64,000 nt of DNA from Candidatus Altimarinota bacterium. Lineage in GTDB: Bacteria; Patescibacteriota; Gracilibacteria; CAIRYL01. This document shows, in pieces, positions 10,056 to 19,387 of the stretch. Where the stretch lies: contig OZ252287.1 of NCBI GenBank assembly GCA_965250085.1, forward strand, positions 320,001-384,000, given 5' to 3'. The translations under genes were made by a program, and so were the position numbers. The notes beneath the pieces are model-generated. The model saw only the letters and a program-made list of their open reading frames with translations. It made no database searches and was not told where the DNA came from. The first letter of the stretch is position 1. Each line of letters begins with the position of its first letter.

Positions 10056-11350
10056 GATTTTCCGAGATAAAGACCTTCAAAATATGGAATAAGCTGATTT
10101 CTTGGAATTTGCTTCTCTGTGCCATTCTTCATCATTTTCACCTTTACTTGGTTCTGTGTAATTTCCTCTTGTCCACAAAAAACAACAAAAGGAATTCCTT
10201 TCTTGTTGGCGTATTTCATCTGTTTTCCGAGTTTTACTGGATCAAAATAGATTTCAGCAGGAATTTGAGCTTCTCTAAGTTCCTCCACCACTTTTAATGA
10301 ACTCTGAAGAGTGGAGTTATCAAAATAAGTCACCAGAACTTGAGTACTCAGACCAATATCTTGAAGTATTCCTTTCTCCTCTAGAGCCATGACAATACGG
10401 TAAAAGCCAAAGGCAATGCCTACGCCAGATATTTTCTTTTGAGCAAATCTACTGCAGAGATCGTCATATCTTCCTCCGCCACAAATAGACCCTATATCTA
10501 CATCTGGCAGAATAATTTCATAAATTATCCCTGTATAATAATCGAGCCCTCTTGCAAGACCGAGATTAAATTGTAGATTTTTTTCGGGAATTTGGAGTCC
10601 ATTGCAAAGATCAAAGAACTCTTTTACTTCATCTACTTTATATTTTTGAGCAGCTTTGATTTTTTCCGCATTAGACCCCTTCGTAAGAACAATCTCCAGA
10701 AGCTCTTCTGCTCTTTTTGAATCAACTATTTTTGCGAGTTCAACTGCTACAGTCTCCCGAGGAATCTTATCAAGTTTGTCGAGAACTCGAATGACAGGTA
10801 TTTGATTTTTTGATGGTATTTCGAGTTTTTCAAGAATGGCATTAATGAGTCGACGGCTGTTGACCTTGATAATAAAATTATCAAATCCAAGTTCTTCGCA
10901 AACACTCCAAATAAGTTTTGCTATTTCTGCATCTGCAACAAGGCTTTCGGTGCCAATAACATCCGCATCGCATTGATAAAATTCTCGATAACGACCTTTG
11001 GCAGGTCTATCAGCACGCCAAACACGACTGATTTGGTATCGCTTAAAAGGCATTGGGAGCTCTTGATAGTTTTTAGCAACCACTCGAGCAGTGGGAACAG
11101 TTTGGTCATACCGAAGGGCAATTTTACGACCTCCATTATCTTCAAACTTATACATAAGCTTGTTGCCTTCGTCACCATATGAACCAGTCAGAGTTTTAAG
11201 ATACTCAATGGCTGGAGTTTCAATGGTGTCATATCCAAAGCGAATAAAGATTTTTTTGATAATCTCCATGACATACTGGCGTTTTGCCATATCTTCAGGA
11301 AGGAAATCACGAGTGCCACGAAGGATCTCTGGTGTAATAATGTCGGTCAT
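10052..11350 (-). CDS. hisS: histidine--tRNA ligase
   Basis: RGTRDFLP, LRYDQTVP, GRYREFYQCD, RGLDYYTG, GGGRYD, plus a C-terminal anticodon-binding domain (KQMKYA). Confidence 0.92.
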   Translation of the reverse strand: MTDIITPEILRGTRDFLPEDMAKRQYVMEIIKKIFIRFGYDTIETPAIEYLKTLTGSYGDEGNKLMYKFEDNGGRKIALRYDQTVPTARVVAKNYQELPMPFKRYQISRVWRADRPAKGRYREFYQCDADVIGTESLVADAEIAKLIWSVCEELGFDNFIIKVNSRRLINAILEKLEIPSKNQIPVIRVLDKLDKIPRETVAVELAKIVDSKRAEELLEIVLTKGSNAEKIKAAQKYKVDEVKEFFDLCNGLQIPEKNLQFNLGLARGLDYYTGIIYEIILPDVDIGSICGGGRYDDLCSRFAQKKISGVGIAFGFYRIVMALEEKGILQDIGLSTQVLVTYFDNSTLQSSLKVVEELREAQIPAEIYFDPVKLGKQMKYANKKGIPFVVFCGQEEITQNQVKVKMMKNGTEKQIPRNQLIPYFEGLYLGKS

Positions 11351-11377
11351 ATAAAAATGTTTGAAAAAATAAAATAC

Positions 11378-11406
11378 AAAAAAATCCCGAAGGGAATCGC
11401 GGGATT
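11378..11406 (-). terminator. terminator-like hairpin between yerC and hisS
   Basis: mRNA AAUCCCG-10nt-CGGGAUU followed by a U run. Confidence 0.5.
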
Positions 11407-11444
11407 GAGGGATTGAGGGAAGATAGAAACGATGCTGAGGAAAT

Positions 11445-11732
11445 TTATTTTCTTGTTTTCTCAAGCACACGCTTATATCCACCCTCTCCATGATGCAACC
11501 AATGGGCTACTCTGGATACAGTGGTTGTAGAGAGTCCAGTTGTTTCAGCAATACTACGATAAGGCATCTTTTTCTGAAGCATTCGTGCAGCCTGCCATCT
11601 TTTAGACATTATGGTTATTTCATCTATGGTAGCCACATCCCTCATAAACGCAGCTGCTTCAGAAGCATTTTTCAGTTTTGAAATAACCTGAAACAAATCT
11701 TTCATCGCCGATGTTTGCCAGTCACCTTTCAT
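11445..11732 (-). CDS. TrpR-like YerC/YecD repressor (probable HisR)
   Basis: FMRDVATIDEI, RWQAARML, YRSIAETTGLSTTTVSRVAHWL HTH, GEGGY; first gene of the his operon. Confidence 0.88.
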   Translation of the reverse strand: MKGDWQTSAMKDLFQVISKLKNASEAAAFMRDVATIDEITIMSKRWQAARMLQKKMPYRSIAETTGLSTTTVSRVAHWLHHGEGGYKRVLEKTRK

Positions 11733-11764
11733 AAAAAGTAAAAAATATTCTCAGTGTCACGTAT

Positions 11765-11805
11765 TAATGTGTTAACACATTAGCAAAAATATAAAAATGC
11801 GTCAA
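11765..11805 (-). promoter_or_regulatory. his operon promoter with overlapping palindromic operator
   Basis: Minus strand TTGACG-N17-TAATGT; perfect 18-bp palindrome TAATGTGTTAACACATTA (11765-11782) covers the -10. Confidence 0.7.
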
Positions 11806-11859
11806 GAGAAAATCACGAATGAGAAGTGAGGAGTTAAAAATTCGTAATTTGTAATTGAT

Positions 11860-13062
11860 TTATTCGTAATTGAGTATGTGCCCCATTTTTTCCTTCTTTG
11901 TTTTTAAGTACTTTTTATTTCCTTCGTGTGCAGGAATTTCAATAGGAATCCTTTTTACAATTTCTAATCCGTGTCCTGAAATTCCAGAGATTTTCTTAGG
12001 ATTGTTGGTGAGGAGCTTGATTCTTTGAATACCCAAATAATTGAGTATCTGAGCTCCTATTCCATAGTCCCTGAGATCTCCCTTAAATCCTAGTTCTTTA
12101 TTTGCTTCTACGGTATCGAGTCCTTTTTCCTGTTGGAGTGCATATGCTTTTATTTTGTTCCCCAAACCAATCCCTCTCCCCTCCTCTCGCATGTACAGAA
12201 TGATTCCACTGCCTTCTTCTTCAATCATTTTCATGGCAGTTTGAAGTTGGGATCCACAATCACAGTGACGAGAGGCAAATACATCTCCTGTAATACATTC
12301 TGAATGAGCCCTAAGCAACATCGGATCTTTTGAAGAAATTTCACCTTTGACTAGAACAACATGCTCCTTATGAGCAATGAGGTCTTCAAATACATGAATT
12401 CGAAACATTCCATACTCTGTCTGAAGATCAGTTTCTGAAACATGAATAACCATTTTTTCTGTCTTTTTGCGATATGCAATAAGATCTGCAATGGTGAGAA
12501 TATTCAAACTGTGTTTTTGAGCTATCTTTTTGAGATCTGGCATTCTTGCCATGGTTCCGTCTGCATTCATGATCTCACACACTACTCCTACTTCTTTCAT
12601 CTCTGCGAGCCGGCAAAGGTCTGTAGCGGCTTCTGTATGTCCAGCGCGAACAAGGACTCCTCCTTCTTTGGCAACTAATGGAAATACATGCCCCGGACGT
12701 ACAAAGTCCTGTGGAGTGCTGTATTCGCTGCAAATTTCCTGCACTGTGCGCGCTCTCTCTGCTGCAGAAATACCAGTGGTCATGCCTTTACGAAAATCAA
12801 TAGAAACCGTGAAATTACACAAGTTGGAATCTGCATCTGGCACCATGGGATGAAATCCAAGCTTATCCGCAATATTTTTGATCACTGGTGCACAAATAAG
12901 CCCTTTTCCATGCGTTGCCATAAAATTAATTCCATCAGCTGTAATTTTTTCACCTGCAAGGAAAAAATCTCCCTCATTCTCACGATCTTCATCATCGACA
13001 AGGATAACAGGTTTCCCTTTTTTAATATCTGTAAGAGCAGCAGTGACTCGAGCGAAAGGCAT
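11860..13062 (-). CDS. ribBA: bifunctional DHBP synthase / GTP cyclohydrolase II
   Basis: [53 protein letters not shown]. Confidence 0.96.
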   Translation of the reverse strand: MPFARVTAALTDIKKGKPVILVDDEDRENEGDFFLAGEKITADGINFMATHGKGLICAPVIKNIADKLGFHPMVPDADSNLCNFTVSIDFRKGMTTGISAAERARTVQEICSEYSTPQDFVRPGHVFPLVAKEGGVLVRAGHTEAATDLCRLAEMKEVGVVCEIMNADGTMARMPDLKKIAQKHSLNILTIADLIAYRKKTEKMVIHVSETDLQTEYGMFRIHVFEDLIAHKEHVVLVKGEISSKDPMLLRAHSECITGDVFASRHCDCGSQLQTAMKMIEEEGSGIILYMREEGRGIGLGNKIKAYALQQEKGLDTVEANKELGFKGDLRDYGIGAQILNYLGIQRIKLLTNNPKKISGISGHGLEIVKRIPIEIPAHEGNKKYLKTKKEKMGHILNYE

Positions 13063-13077
13063 TTTGAAAATAAAATA

Positions 13078-13347
13078 CTAATGTTTTTTCCATCTCTCTA
13101 GCTTTGGAATACTGCGAGTGAATATCCAAGCTACAAATTTTGGCATATTGCTTTTGTTCATCATTTCCATACAGAATTTTTGCATTTTTTGAGGTGTATT
13201 AATTTCAGGATTCAAAAATTCGCCATTTTTATAGCAATAGGAACAGTATTTTTTGCTTCTTTCGCCTTCTTTCTCAGTTCCTCCATTTTCTGGATCTTTT
13301 TTGAATGGCATACCGCAACTTTGGCAAAATTTATATTTTTGAGACAT
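13078..13347 (-). CDS. zinc-ribbon domain protein
   Basis: CQSCGMP, YCSYCY, IPKLERW. Confidence 0.8.
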   Translation of the reverse strand: MSQKYKFCQSCGMPFKKDPENGGTEKEGERSKKYCSYCYKNGEFLNPEINTPQKMQKFCMEMMNKSNMPKFVAWIFTRSIPKLERWKKH

Positions 13348-13538
13348 GATTTGAGAAAAAGAATTATGGTGGACCTTGTAACGTCGCAGATAAACCCGGT
13401 AGCCGAGGAGTTGCGGCGATGGGAAATCGTGCTGCGAGGAGAGAAACCGGCCGCCTGAATCTGGTTTGTAGACCGGCAGCGGGAAGACCGAGGACGTTCT
13501 CCAGACTACGCTTGAGTACCATGGAAGTCCATGGAGAA

Positions 13539-13811
13539 TGGTTACTCAGTGGTTACTTCACTCTTTCCTATCTTTTGGAGATATTTTATAAGATCTTGAT
13601 TCTAAAGAAGAAAAATGGAGCCGACGAGCGGATTTGAACCGCTGACCTATTGATTACGAATCAGGTATTTCCCTATTCTTCTTTCTTCGATCTGATACGA
13701 TGCGGTGCGATAACTCTTCATAAAACAGGGTGTTACCGGTCGTTAGTGAAATCACATGCTACGATGGAAAACGCTGTGAGATCATTCCTCGTGGTTACTC
13801 AGCGGTTACTT
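13539..13811. other. attP-like site of the tyrosine integrase: arm repeats flanking a tRNA-Thr 3' half
   Basis: TGGTTACTCAG(T/C)GGTTACTT at 13539-13558 and 13792-13811 flank a tRNA fragment. Confidence 0.7.
13616..13663 (-). pseudogene. 3' half of tRNA-Thr(CGT) (att core, not a full tRNA)
   Basis: Minus strand TGATT-CGT-AATCAATAGGTCAGCGGTTCAAATCCGCTCGTCGGCTCCA; no D-arm or 5' acceptor strand. Confidence 0.8.
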
Positions 13812-13854
13812 TTTGCCAGAACTCGGATCAAAGCGTGGAGAAGAGAGGAAGGAA

Positions 13855-15036
13855 ATGAAGCTGACAAAGCGAGCCATTGATGCGGCGAAGTTTTCTTCCG
13901 CGTCTTCGTCTTCCTCGAACAACAACACACCGGATTACCGATGGGATGACGCTATGCCCGGTTTTGGTGTGAGGATTTATCGAAGCGGGAAGAAATCGTT
14001 TGTGGTGTCGTACCGGGTTCAGGGTCGCAAACGGATCATGGTGCTCGGCAAATACGGAGTTCTCACGCTGGACGAAGCCCGCAAAAAAGCCCGCAAGGTT
14101 CTGGGGAAAGTAACGGACGGAAGAGATCCGAGTCGTGAGCGAATGGATTTGCTGAAGTCTCCAACAATGTCGGATTTGGCGAAGCGGTATCTGTCCGATC
14201 ATGCGCCGAAGAAAAAAGCGAGTAGTGCGAAAACAGATGAGCGAATGTGGGAACTACATATATTGCCGCGTCTCGGAAGCCGGAAAGTGTCTGCCATTAC
14301 GCGAGAAGATATTGATCGTCTGCATACAGGCATGAAGGACACGCCCTACGCGGCCAACAGAACACTTGCCCTTCTCTCAAAATCTCTTCACTTGGCAGAG
14401 GTTTGGGGTTGGCGTCAGGACAGTACAAATCCGTGCCGGCATATCCAGAAATATACGGAAGAAAAGCGGGAACGATTTCTGAGCGTGGAGGAACTCAAAC
14501 GATTGGGTGCCGTGCTGGATGAAGTGGAACGGGAAGCCACCGAGCTTCCTGGTGTTGTCCCCGCTCTGCGTCTCCTCCTTCTCACCGGCTGTCGTCTCAA
14601 TGAGATTCTGCGTCTTCGTTGGGAAGATATCGATGAGGTCAATCGGTGTTTCTATTTACCGGACAGTAAAACAGGGAAACGAATAGTCGTGGTCAGTGAA
14701 GGAGTTTTCTCAGTTCTGGAGAAGATGGAATGTGTTAAAGGAAACCCGTATGTGATTGCGGGAGCCAGAGAAGGTCAGCATCTGGTGAATCTCTCGAAGC
14801 CCTGGGGGCGTATCCGGAAGAGAGCGAATCTCGCAGATGTCCGGCTGCATGATTTGCGGCATACCTATGCCAGCTTCGGAGCTGGTGCTGGATTATCACT
14901 TCCACTTATTGGAAAAATGCTGGGGCATACACAAGCATCAACCACGGCTCGATATGCACACTTGGCGAATGATCCGGTACGACGGGCGGTCGACCTGGTG
15001 GGTGATGAACTGCTCAGTGCCCTTCATCAGAAATGA
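13855..15036 (+). CDS. tyrosine recombinase/integrase with N-terminal arm-binding domain
   Basis: WDDAMPGFGVRI, TGCRLNEI, DSKTG, HDLRHTYAS, LGHTQASTTARY (R-K-H-R-H-Y set). Confidence 0.95.
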   Translation: MKLTKRAIDAAKFSSASSSSSNNNTPDYRWDDAMPGFGVRIYRSGKKSFVVSYRVQGRKRIMVLGKYGVLTLDEARKKARKVLGKVTDGRDPSRERMDLLKSPTMSDLAKRYLSDHAPKKKASSAKTDERMWELHILPRLGSRKVSAITREDIDRLHTGMKDTPYAANRTLALLSKSLHLAEVWGWRQDSTNPCRHIQKYTEEKRERFLSVEELKRLGAVLDEVEREATELPGVVPALRLLLLTGCRLNEILRLRWEDIDEVNRCFYLPDSKTGKRIVVVSEGVFSVLEKMECVKGNPYVIAGAREGQHLVNLSKPWGRIRKRANLADVRLHDLRHTYASFGAGAGLSLPLIGKMLGHTQASTTARYAHLANDPVRRAVDLVGDELLSALHQK

Positions 15037-15529
15037 GCACGAAGAAGGAGGATATCGGGATAGAGGACAGGAAGGATCGATCGATAGGGTGCGAAACTAA
15101 TACTCCGCTCACCCACTGGCACAACCTGCCATTGTGCAAGGAGTTTCCGTCCTCCCGATCTTTGCAGTCGGGAGAACTCCAACTTTGCACGAATGCTTTG
15201 TTGTGCTCAGCGAGTCAAGTGACAGAACAAGAAATTCCTCCAACCTCCCCGCCACCAACCATCAGCCTCGGCTGACAGGTCTTCCACGGCTGACAGCTCT
15301 TCAACGACTCTTCCTACCGTTTCTTTTTTCTGTCATCTGTATGAAGTCTGTCTCTGGTGCACATTCAGAAGATACTGAAGAAGCCCTGGAAGTACTTGGA
15401 AGTTCTTTGTTTCCAGGAGTATGAGGATTCCTTGCGTACCCGTTGACTCTACCCGCTTCCTCTGCCCGAATGACGGGTACGGCAAACGGATACTGAATCC
15501 GGGTACGGCTTGCCGTGTGTCTTGGGACC

Positions 15530-16789
15530 CTACGGATTTTTGTCGAGCAGGCGTTCCAGTTCGTCGGCGAGATCCTGGTCAATCACAAGGTGGGTCACGC
15601 AGCATTTCTTCACAGCCGTAAGAGCAACCTTCGCTTTGAGCTTGCCATTGGCAACGGCAACGACTCCCATCCGTTCATTTAGTGCGATGCTCCTAAAACA
15701 ACGGTAGCGGATTCCCAAGCAGGCCGTGTTAAATGGCTTAATCCATTCATCGAACTCGCTGTCGGATATGGATGGATGGGAAAGGATCACGCCACCGATG
15801 TCCCCCGCAATGTACCGAGAGAGATCTCGCTGTTGCCGGCGTGTTAATCGTGCTCGCAACGTTGGCGTGGGATTATCACCAAGAGCCCCCATGCCACAAA
15901 TCAAACCCTCGGCTTGATGAATCAGAGCGTCGGGATCGTTCTTGTCTGATCCAAAGACGCGTCGATAACCAAAGCCTTCTTGGTAGAACTTCCGCAAGAG
16001 ATCCATAACTTCGAGGCGATCGAGGCGAAGGGGCTTATTACCCCCCTCTATAGCTCTGTCCATGTCCTCTGTGAAGTCCAGGAAAGCGGGTACAGCCGCA
16101 AGACTGGGCGGAGAGTCACTCCCCCAGATGAGAGCAAGGCGCTTAGCAATAACCGAGGCGCTTTGACCGATATCTCTTGGGCGACCACGGAAAATGACTT
16201 CTCCAGCCGCCGGAAAGACAATCGGCGGATTTGAAGGTTTCCGATCTGTCAGCTGCGCGAGGCGTGCAGCGAGGTATTGTGGTGTCTCGCCCCAAGTGAC
16301 TCCGACGACCTGAGGCTGGTTTCTCATCAGCCAAGCGACTACTTCAGCCGCTTTGAATGCCGTATCCTTCTTCCCCCCTCCATCCACAGGAGCAATATGA
16401 ACGGCTCGAAGAGAACCTGGACGTCTTGATTTGGGCTCCTGCAATTCCTTCAGCTTGTCGACCAAAGAGATCTCACGCTCTCGATGGCGCAGGACTCCAT
16501 CGCAGATCTCTCTGAGCTTCTCTTCGTGTTTTTCTGAAAACTCTCCTGTCCAGCGCTTCTGGAGACCAAACCGATCCACCAGCTTGGAGACCATGCGAGA
16601 CACGGTGGCTTGGCTGACCCCTCTTGGATCATCGCCGGTCTGACCAGCAGCTTCCAGTCGCCTTGCCAACTCTGCCTGCGAAAGATCATCAAACAGAAGA
16701 AGCGCCAATAGCTGCAGCTCCTTTTCACTGAGTTCCGGGAACAACTCTTCGACCGGCTCTTGGTCTGTGTCTGTGTGCTCATCACTCAT
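15530..16789 (-). CDS. SorC/DeoR-like sugar-binding transcriptional regulator, divergent
   Basis: N-terminal HTH (LSQAELARRL...VSQATVSRMV), VGVTWGET, AGDIGG, THLVIDQDLA. Confidence 0.7.
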   Translation of the reverse strand: MSDEHTDTDQEPVEELFPELSEKELQLLALLLFDDLSQAELARRLEAAGQTGDDPRGVSQATVSRMVSKLVDRFGLQKRWTGEFSEKHEEKLREICDGVLRHREREISLVDKLKELQEPKSRRPGSLRAVHIAPVDGGGKKDTAFKAAEVVAWLMRNQPQVVGVTWGETPQYLAARLAQLTDRKPSNPPIVFPAAGEVIFRGRPRDIGQSASVIAKRLALIWGSDSPPSLAAVPAFLDFTEDMDRAIEGGNKPLRLDRLEVMDLLRKFYQEGFGYRRVFGSDKNDPDALIHQAEGLICGMGALGDNPTPTLRARLTRRQQRDLSRYIAGDIGGVILSHPSISDSEFDEWIKPFNTACLGIRYRCFRSIALNERMGVVAVANGKLKAKVALTAVKKCCVTHLVIDQDLADELERLLDKNP

Positions 16790-16936
16790 ATGGCGGAGTT
16801 TATCCTACCGCCATGATGCAAATCTGTTTCGCCATTGAATTGACAATTCATCGCATTGTATCCTACGATGCCATCTACGGAGATAACCGATGCCGCAAAG
16901 CAACCAATTCCAGACCTGTTTTCTTGGAGAAACAAC

Positions 16937-17806
16937 ATGACAAAACTCGCAATTGTCGCCAGCGGACTCATCCTCACCCTGTTCTCAGGAGTGCTGAGCG
17001 CAAAGCCGGCCATGGAATGTGAGCCGAGGAAGTTGGAACTAGAGCCGGTTCTCGGCCACGAGATGACCGAGACGATTACATGCACGGCCACACGAGATCT
17101 TGGTCGTACTCATCCGTGGGTCAGCTCGGAGGGTCAGTCCTACATCACCCATATCGAGCCCAATAGCCCGATCGAGGTATTGAAGGGTGACGAGATCATC
17201 TACGAGATCTCGTTCTTCGTCCCTGAAGATGACATACATGCCACTGTCGATCTGACTTTCCATGTTCGTGAGTATCGCCCTGGAAGGAAAGGAAGGACGT
17301 ACTCGGGACCGGTGCCGGCCAAGTTGAATTTGGTTGAAAAGAACTGGATTCCGTTAGAAGGAGATAGGTTCAGTTTTTTTTATCCTCCGGTCTTAGATTT
17401 CGACTTTCCTCTCGTGATTACCGAAGGTAGCCATGTCAATCAAACAAAGGTGAATATATCCGATGCGGTCGATAGCGTATCGCCTTATTTTTTCGTGTTG
17501 TCAATGCACTCAACGGAAGCTGAGACGATTATCGAGATTAATCCGAAATTAGATTTCCTCGCCAGACACCACGGAACAGAGGTACTCGCGAATGGGAATG
17601 AACTCCTGACCGTTGACCCCGCCAATCATGTGAGTGACGAGCGTTTCGGACCCTACCCTTCAACGTTTATTTTGGATAGAAGCAGAGAAATCGCCTTTAC
17701 GGTAAACCTGTCTCAAGACCCCAACCCAGATCTATACGATGAGTTTGGAGATCACGAATTACATCGGATTCTGGTCGAAATCTCGAGAACCTTAGTAGCG
17801 GAATAA
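16937..17806 (+). CDS. secreted hypothetical protein
   Basis: Signal peptide MTKLAIVASGLILTLFSGVLSA; GGAG upstream; beta-rich. Confidence 0.65.
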   Translation: MTKLAIVASGLILTLFSGVLSAKPAMECEPRKLELEPVLGHEMTETITCTATRDLGRTHPWVSSEGQSYITHIEPNSPIEVLKGDEIIYEISFFVPEDDIHATVDLTFHVREYRPGRKGRTYSGPVPAKLNLVEKNWIPLEGDRFSFFYPPVLDFDFPLVITEGSHVNQTKVNISDAVDSVSPYFFVLSMHSTEAETIIEINPKLDFLARHHGTEVLANGNELLTVDPANHVSDERFGPYPSTFILDRSREIAFTVNLSQDPNPDLYDEFGDHELHRILVEISRTLVAE

Positions 17807-17818
17807 GAGGAGAAGCAA

Positions 17819-18502
17819 ATGAACGGAAATCGTCAGGCAATAATCGTCATGATTCTTTCAACCGTTCCGGTCTTAGCCAGCGGTGAAACACCTGAGTGCC
17901 ATGAAGAAATGGCTCGCCTCGATGGTGTGGCTGCCTATTCCAACGAAGTCATACCTTCGCCGGTGTCGTGTGGCGGTCGAGGGACGTATGGCAACCAATA
18001 TCAATGCGTGGAATTCATCGACCGTTACTACGCCGAGGCTCTTGGAGTTTCTGGTACCGAAGGCTGGATTGCTAATGGTGGCGACTATTTTGGAAAGGCA
18101 AGCGAATTTGGCCTTGAAGCATACAAGAATGGAGATGCTGGAACGCCTCCCAGAAAGGGTGACATCTTAGATTTTGGCCGGCCAGGGACGGAAATCGGTC
18201 ACGCTGCAATTGTGAGCGGTTTTGACCGGGACTCAATGCTTGTCCACATTATTGAGCAGAACTGGTCGTTTGATGGTGTCGCTAGACTTAGCATTGAGCA
18301 AAAAGCCGATGGGAAGTGGTACATGCCACCGAGGGGGAATAGCACTCCTTATGAGATTCTTGGGTGGCTCCGGCTCCCAGGCTCGACACCACCACCCGCC
18401 GACTGCACGCCAGCTTTACGGAGGGCGAAGCAATGCGTGGCAGCTGTAGAGGAGCGTCTGGCACTCCCCGAATTTGGTGTCAGGTCTTCTGAGGAAGCAT
18501 GA
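17819..18502 (+). CDS. secreted CHAP-domain amidase/peptidase
   Basis: Signal peptide; YQCVEF (Cys), GHAAIV (His), IIEQNW; GAGGAG RBS. Confidence 0.85.
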   Translation: MNGNRQAIIVMILSTVPVLASGETPECHEEMARLDGVAAYSNEVIPSPVSCGGRGTYGNQYQCVEFIDRYYAEALGVSGTEGWIANGGDYFGKASEFGLEAYKNGDAGTPPRKGDILDFGRPGTEIGHAAIVSGFDRDSMLVHIIEQNWSFDGVARLSIEQKADGKWYMPPRGNSTPYEILGWLRLPGSTPPPADCTPALRRAKQCVAAVEERLALPEFGVRSSEEA

Positions 18503-19008
18503 TGCCTGAATATCCATCCAGAATTTTGATAGAGCAGTCGATTCGATGCTGGGAAGCTCAAACAGAAATATCGGGAAAGCTTTCTTCTGAGTTAAGATCT
18601 CTTTGGATCGCTTCACTATCCGCGATCGCCGTTTGCGGAAATTTTCTCTCTTCTAGAGATCCTCTAAATTCAGAATGGCAGATAGGGAGACTATTGGTTG
18701 TTGGCGGGCTTTGTCTATTTGGGGTATGCCTCTTGACGTTGTCTTTTTGGAGACAAGGTAGCCGCGACTCCAACAAGGACGAACTACCGTTCTATAATCG
18801 CCAAGAAATAATGCTTCAGGATCAAGTGTGGAATGAGCTTGCACCCTTGGAGCAAATGGCGGTCCTTAAACAGTACACTATAGCCTTGAAATTGGCAGAC
18901 GAAAATTGTTGGGTCGAAAGCGTAGTTCGACGAAGAGCGCGAGCTTTCTTTTCGGGAGGCATTTTCCTAGTCCTTATAAGTGTTGTTGGCGGGTTTCTCT
19001 ACGCGTAA
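18499..19008 (+). CDS. membrane hypothetical protein
   Basis: About three hydrophobic segments; ATGA overlap with the CHAP gene. Confidence 0.55.
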   Translation: MMPEYPSRILIEQSIRCWEAQTEISGKLSSELRSLWIASLSAIAVCGNFLSSRDPLNSEWQIGRLLVVGGLCLFGVCLLTLSFWRQGSRDSNKDELPFYNRQEIMLQDQVWNELAPLEQMAVLKQYTIALKLADENCWVESVVRRRARAFFSGGIFLVLISVVGGFLYA

Positions 19009-19039
19009 AAGGGGGTATCAATGAACACAGGCGGAGTAG

Positions 19040-19387
19040 ATGGGTAGTTTGCATCAAATAAATGGTGGGGTTCGTGGAGGAGAGAGCCCTCAAGATGAAG
19101 TTGCCTTGACAACAAAGCTTATCATTGATAAGCTCTTTTCACATATTAAGCAACTTTTGGTCGAATACGAAAAACACAAACCGGCAGCGGAAGAGCTCAA
19201 AACGGAATCTCCGTCACAGGCACCGACTGTGCCCTTGGCCACGGGACACGAGACGATGATCAGGGAGGAAATTCAAGCAAGTATCAATAACCTGATCTTA
19301 CAGGAAGAAGCAGGCAGGCGCAGACATAGGCAAATCGAGGAGCGAAAGAGCAACAGTCTTTTTTTTAGACTTTGGTGCCGGATCTAA
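19040..19387 (+). CDS. hypothetical protein
   Basis: 115-aa ORF with GGAG RBS. Confidence 0.45.
   Translation: MGSLHQINGGVRGGESPQDEVALTTKLIIDKLFSHIKQLLVEYEKHKPAAEELKTESPSQAPTVPLATGHETMIREEIQASINNLILQEEAGRRRHRQIEERKSNSLFFRLWCRI

Noticed and set aside
10052-11491. Calling this gene hisZ, or using the 479-aa start
   Set aside because: It retains the anticodon-binding domain and synthetase motifs; the extension overlaps yerC and the hairpin, so ATG 11350 was chosen
3249-11732. Alternative genetic code (UGA=Gly, as in Gracilibacteria)
   Set aside because: Long genes are intact in code 11, and hisS, hisG, hisC, hisB and hisHAF end in TGA at expected positions with ATGA overlaps
13616-13663. Functional tRNA-Thr gene
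   Set aside because: Only the anticodon arm to CCA is present
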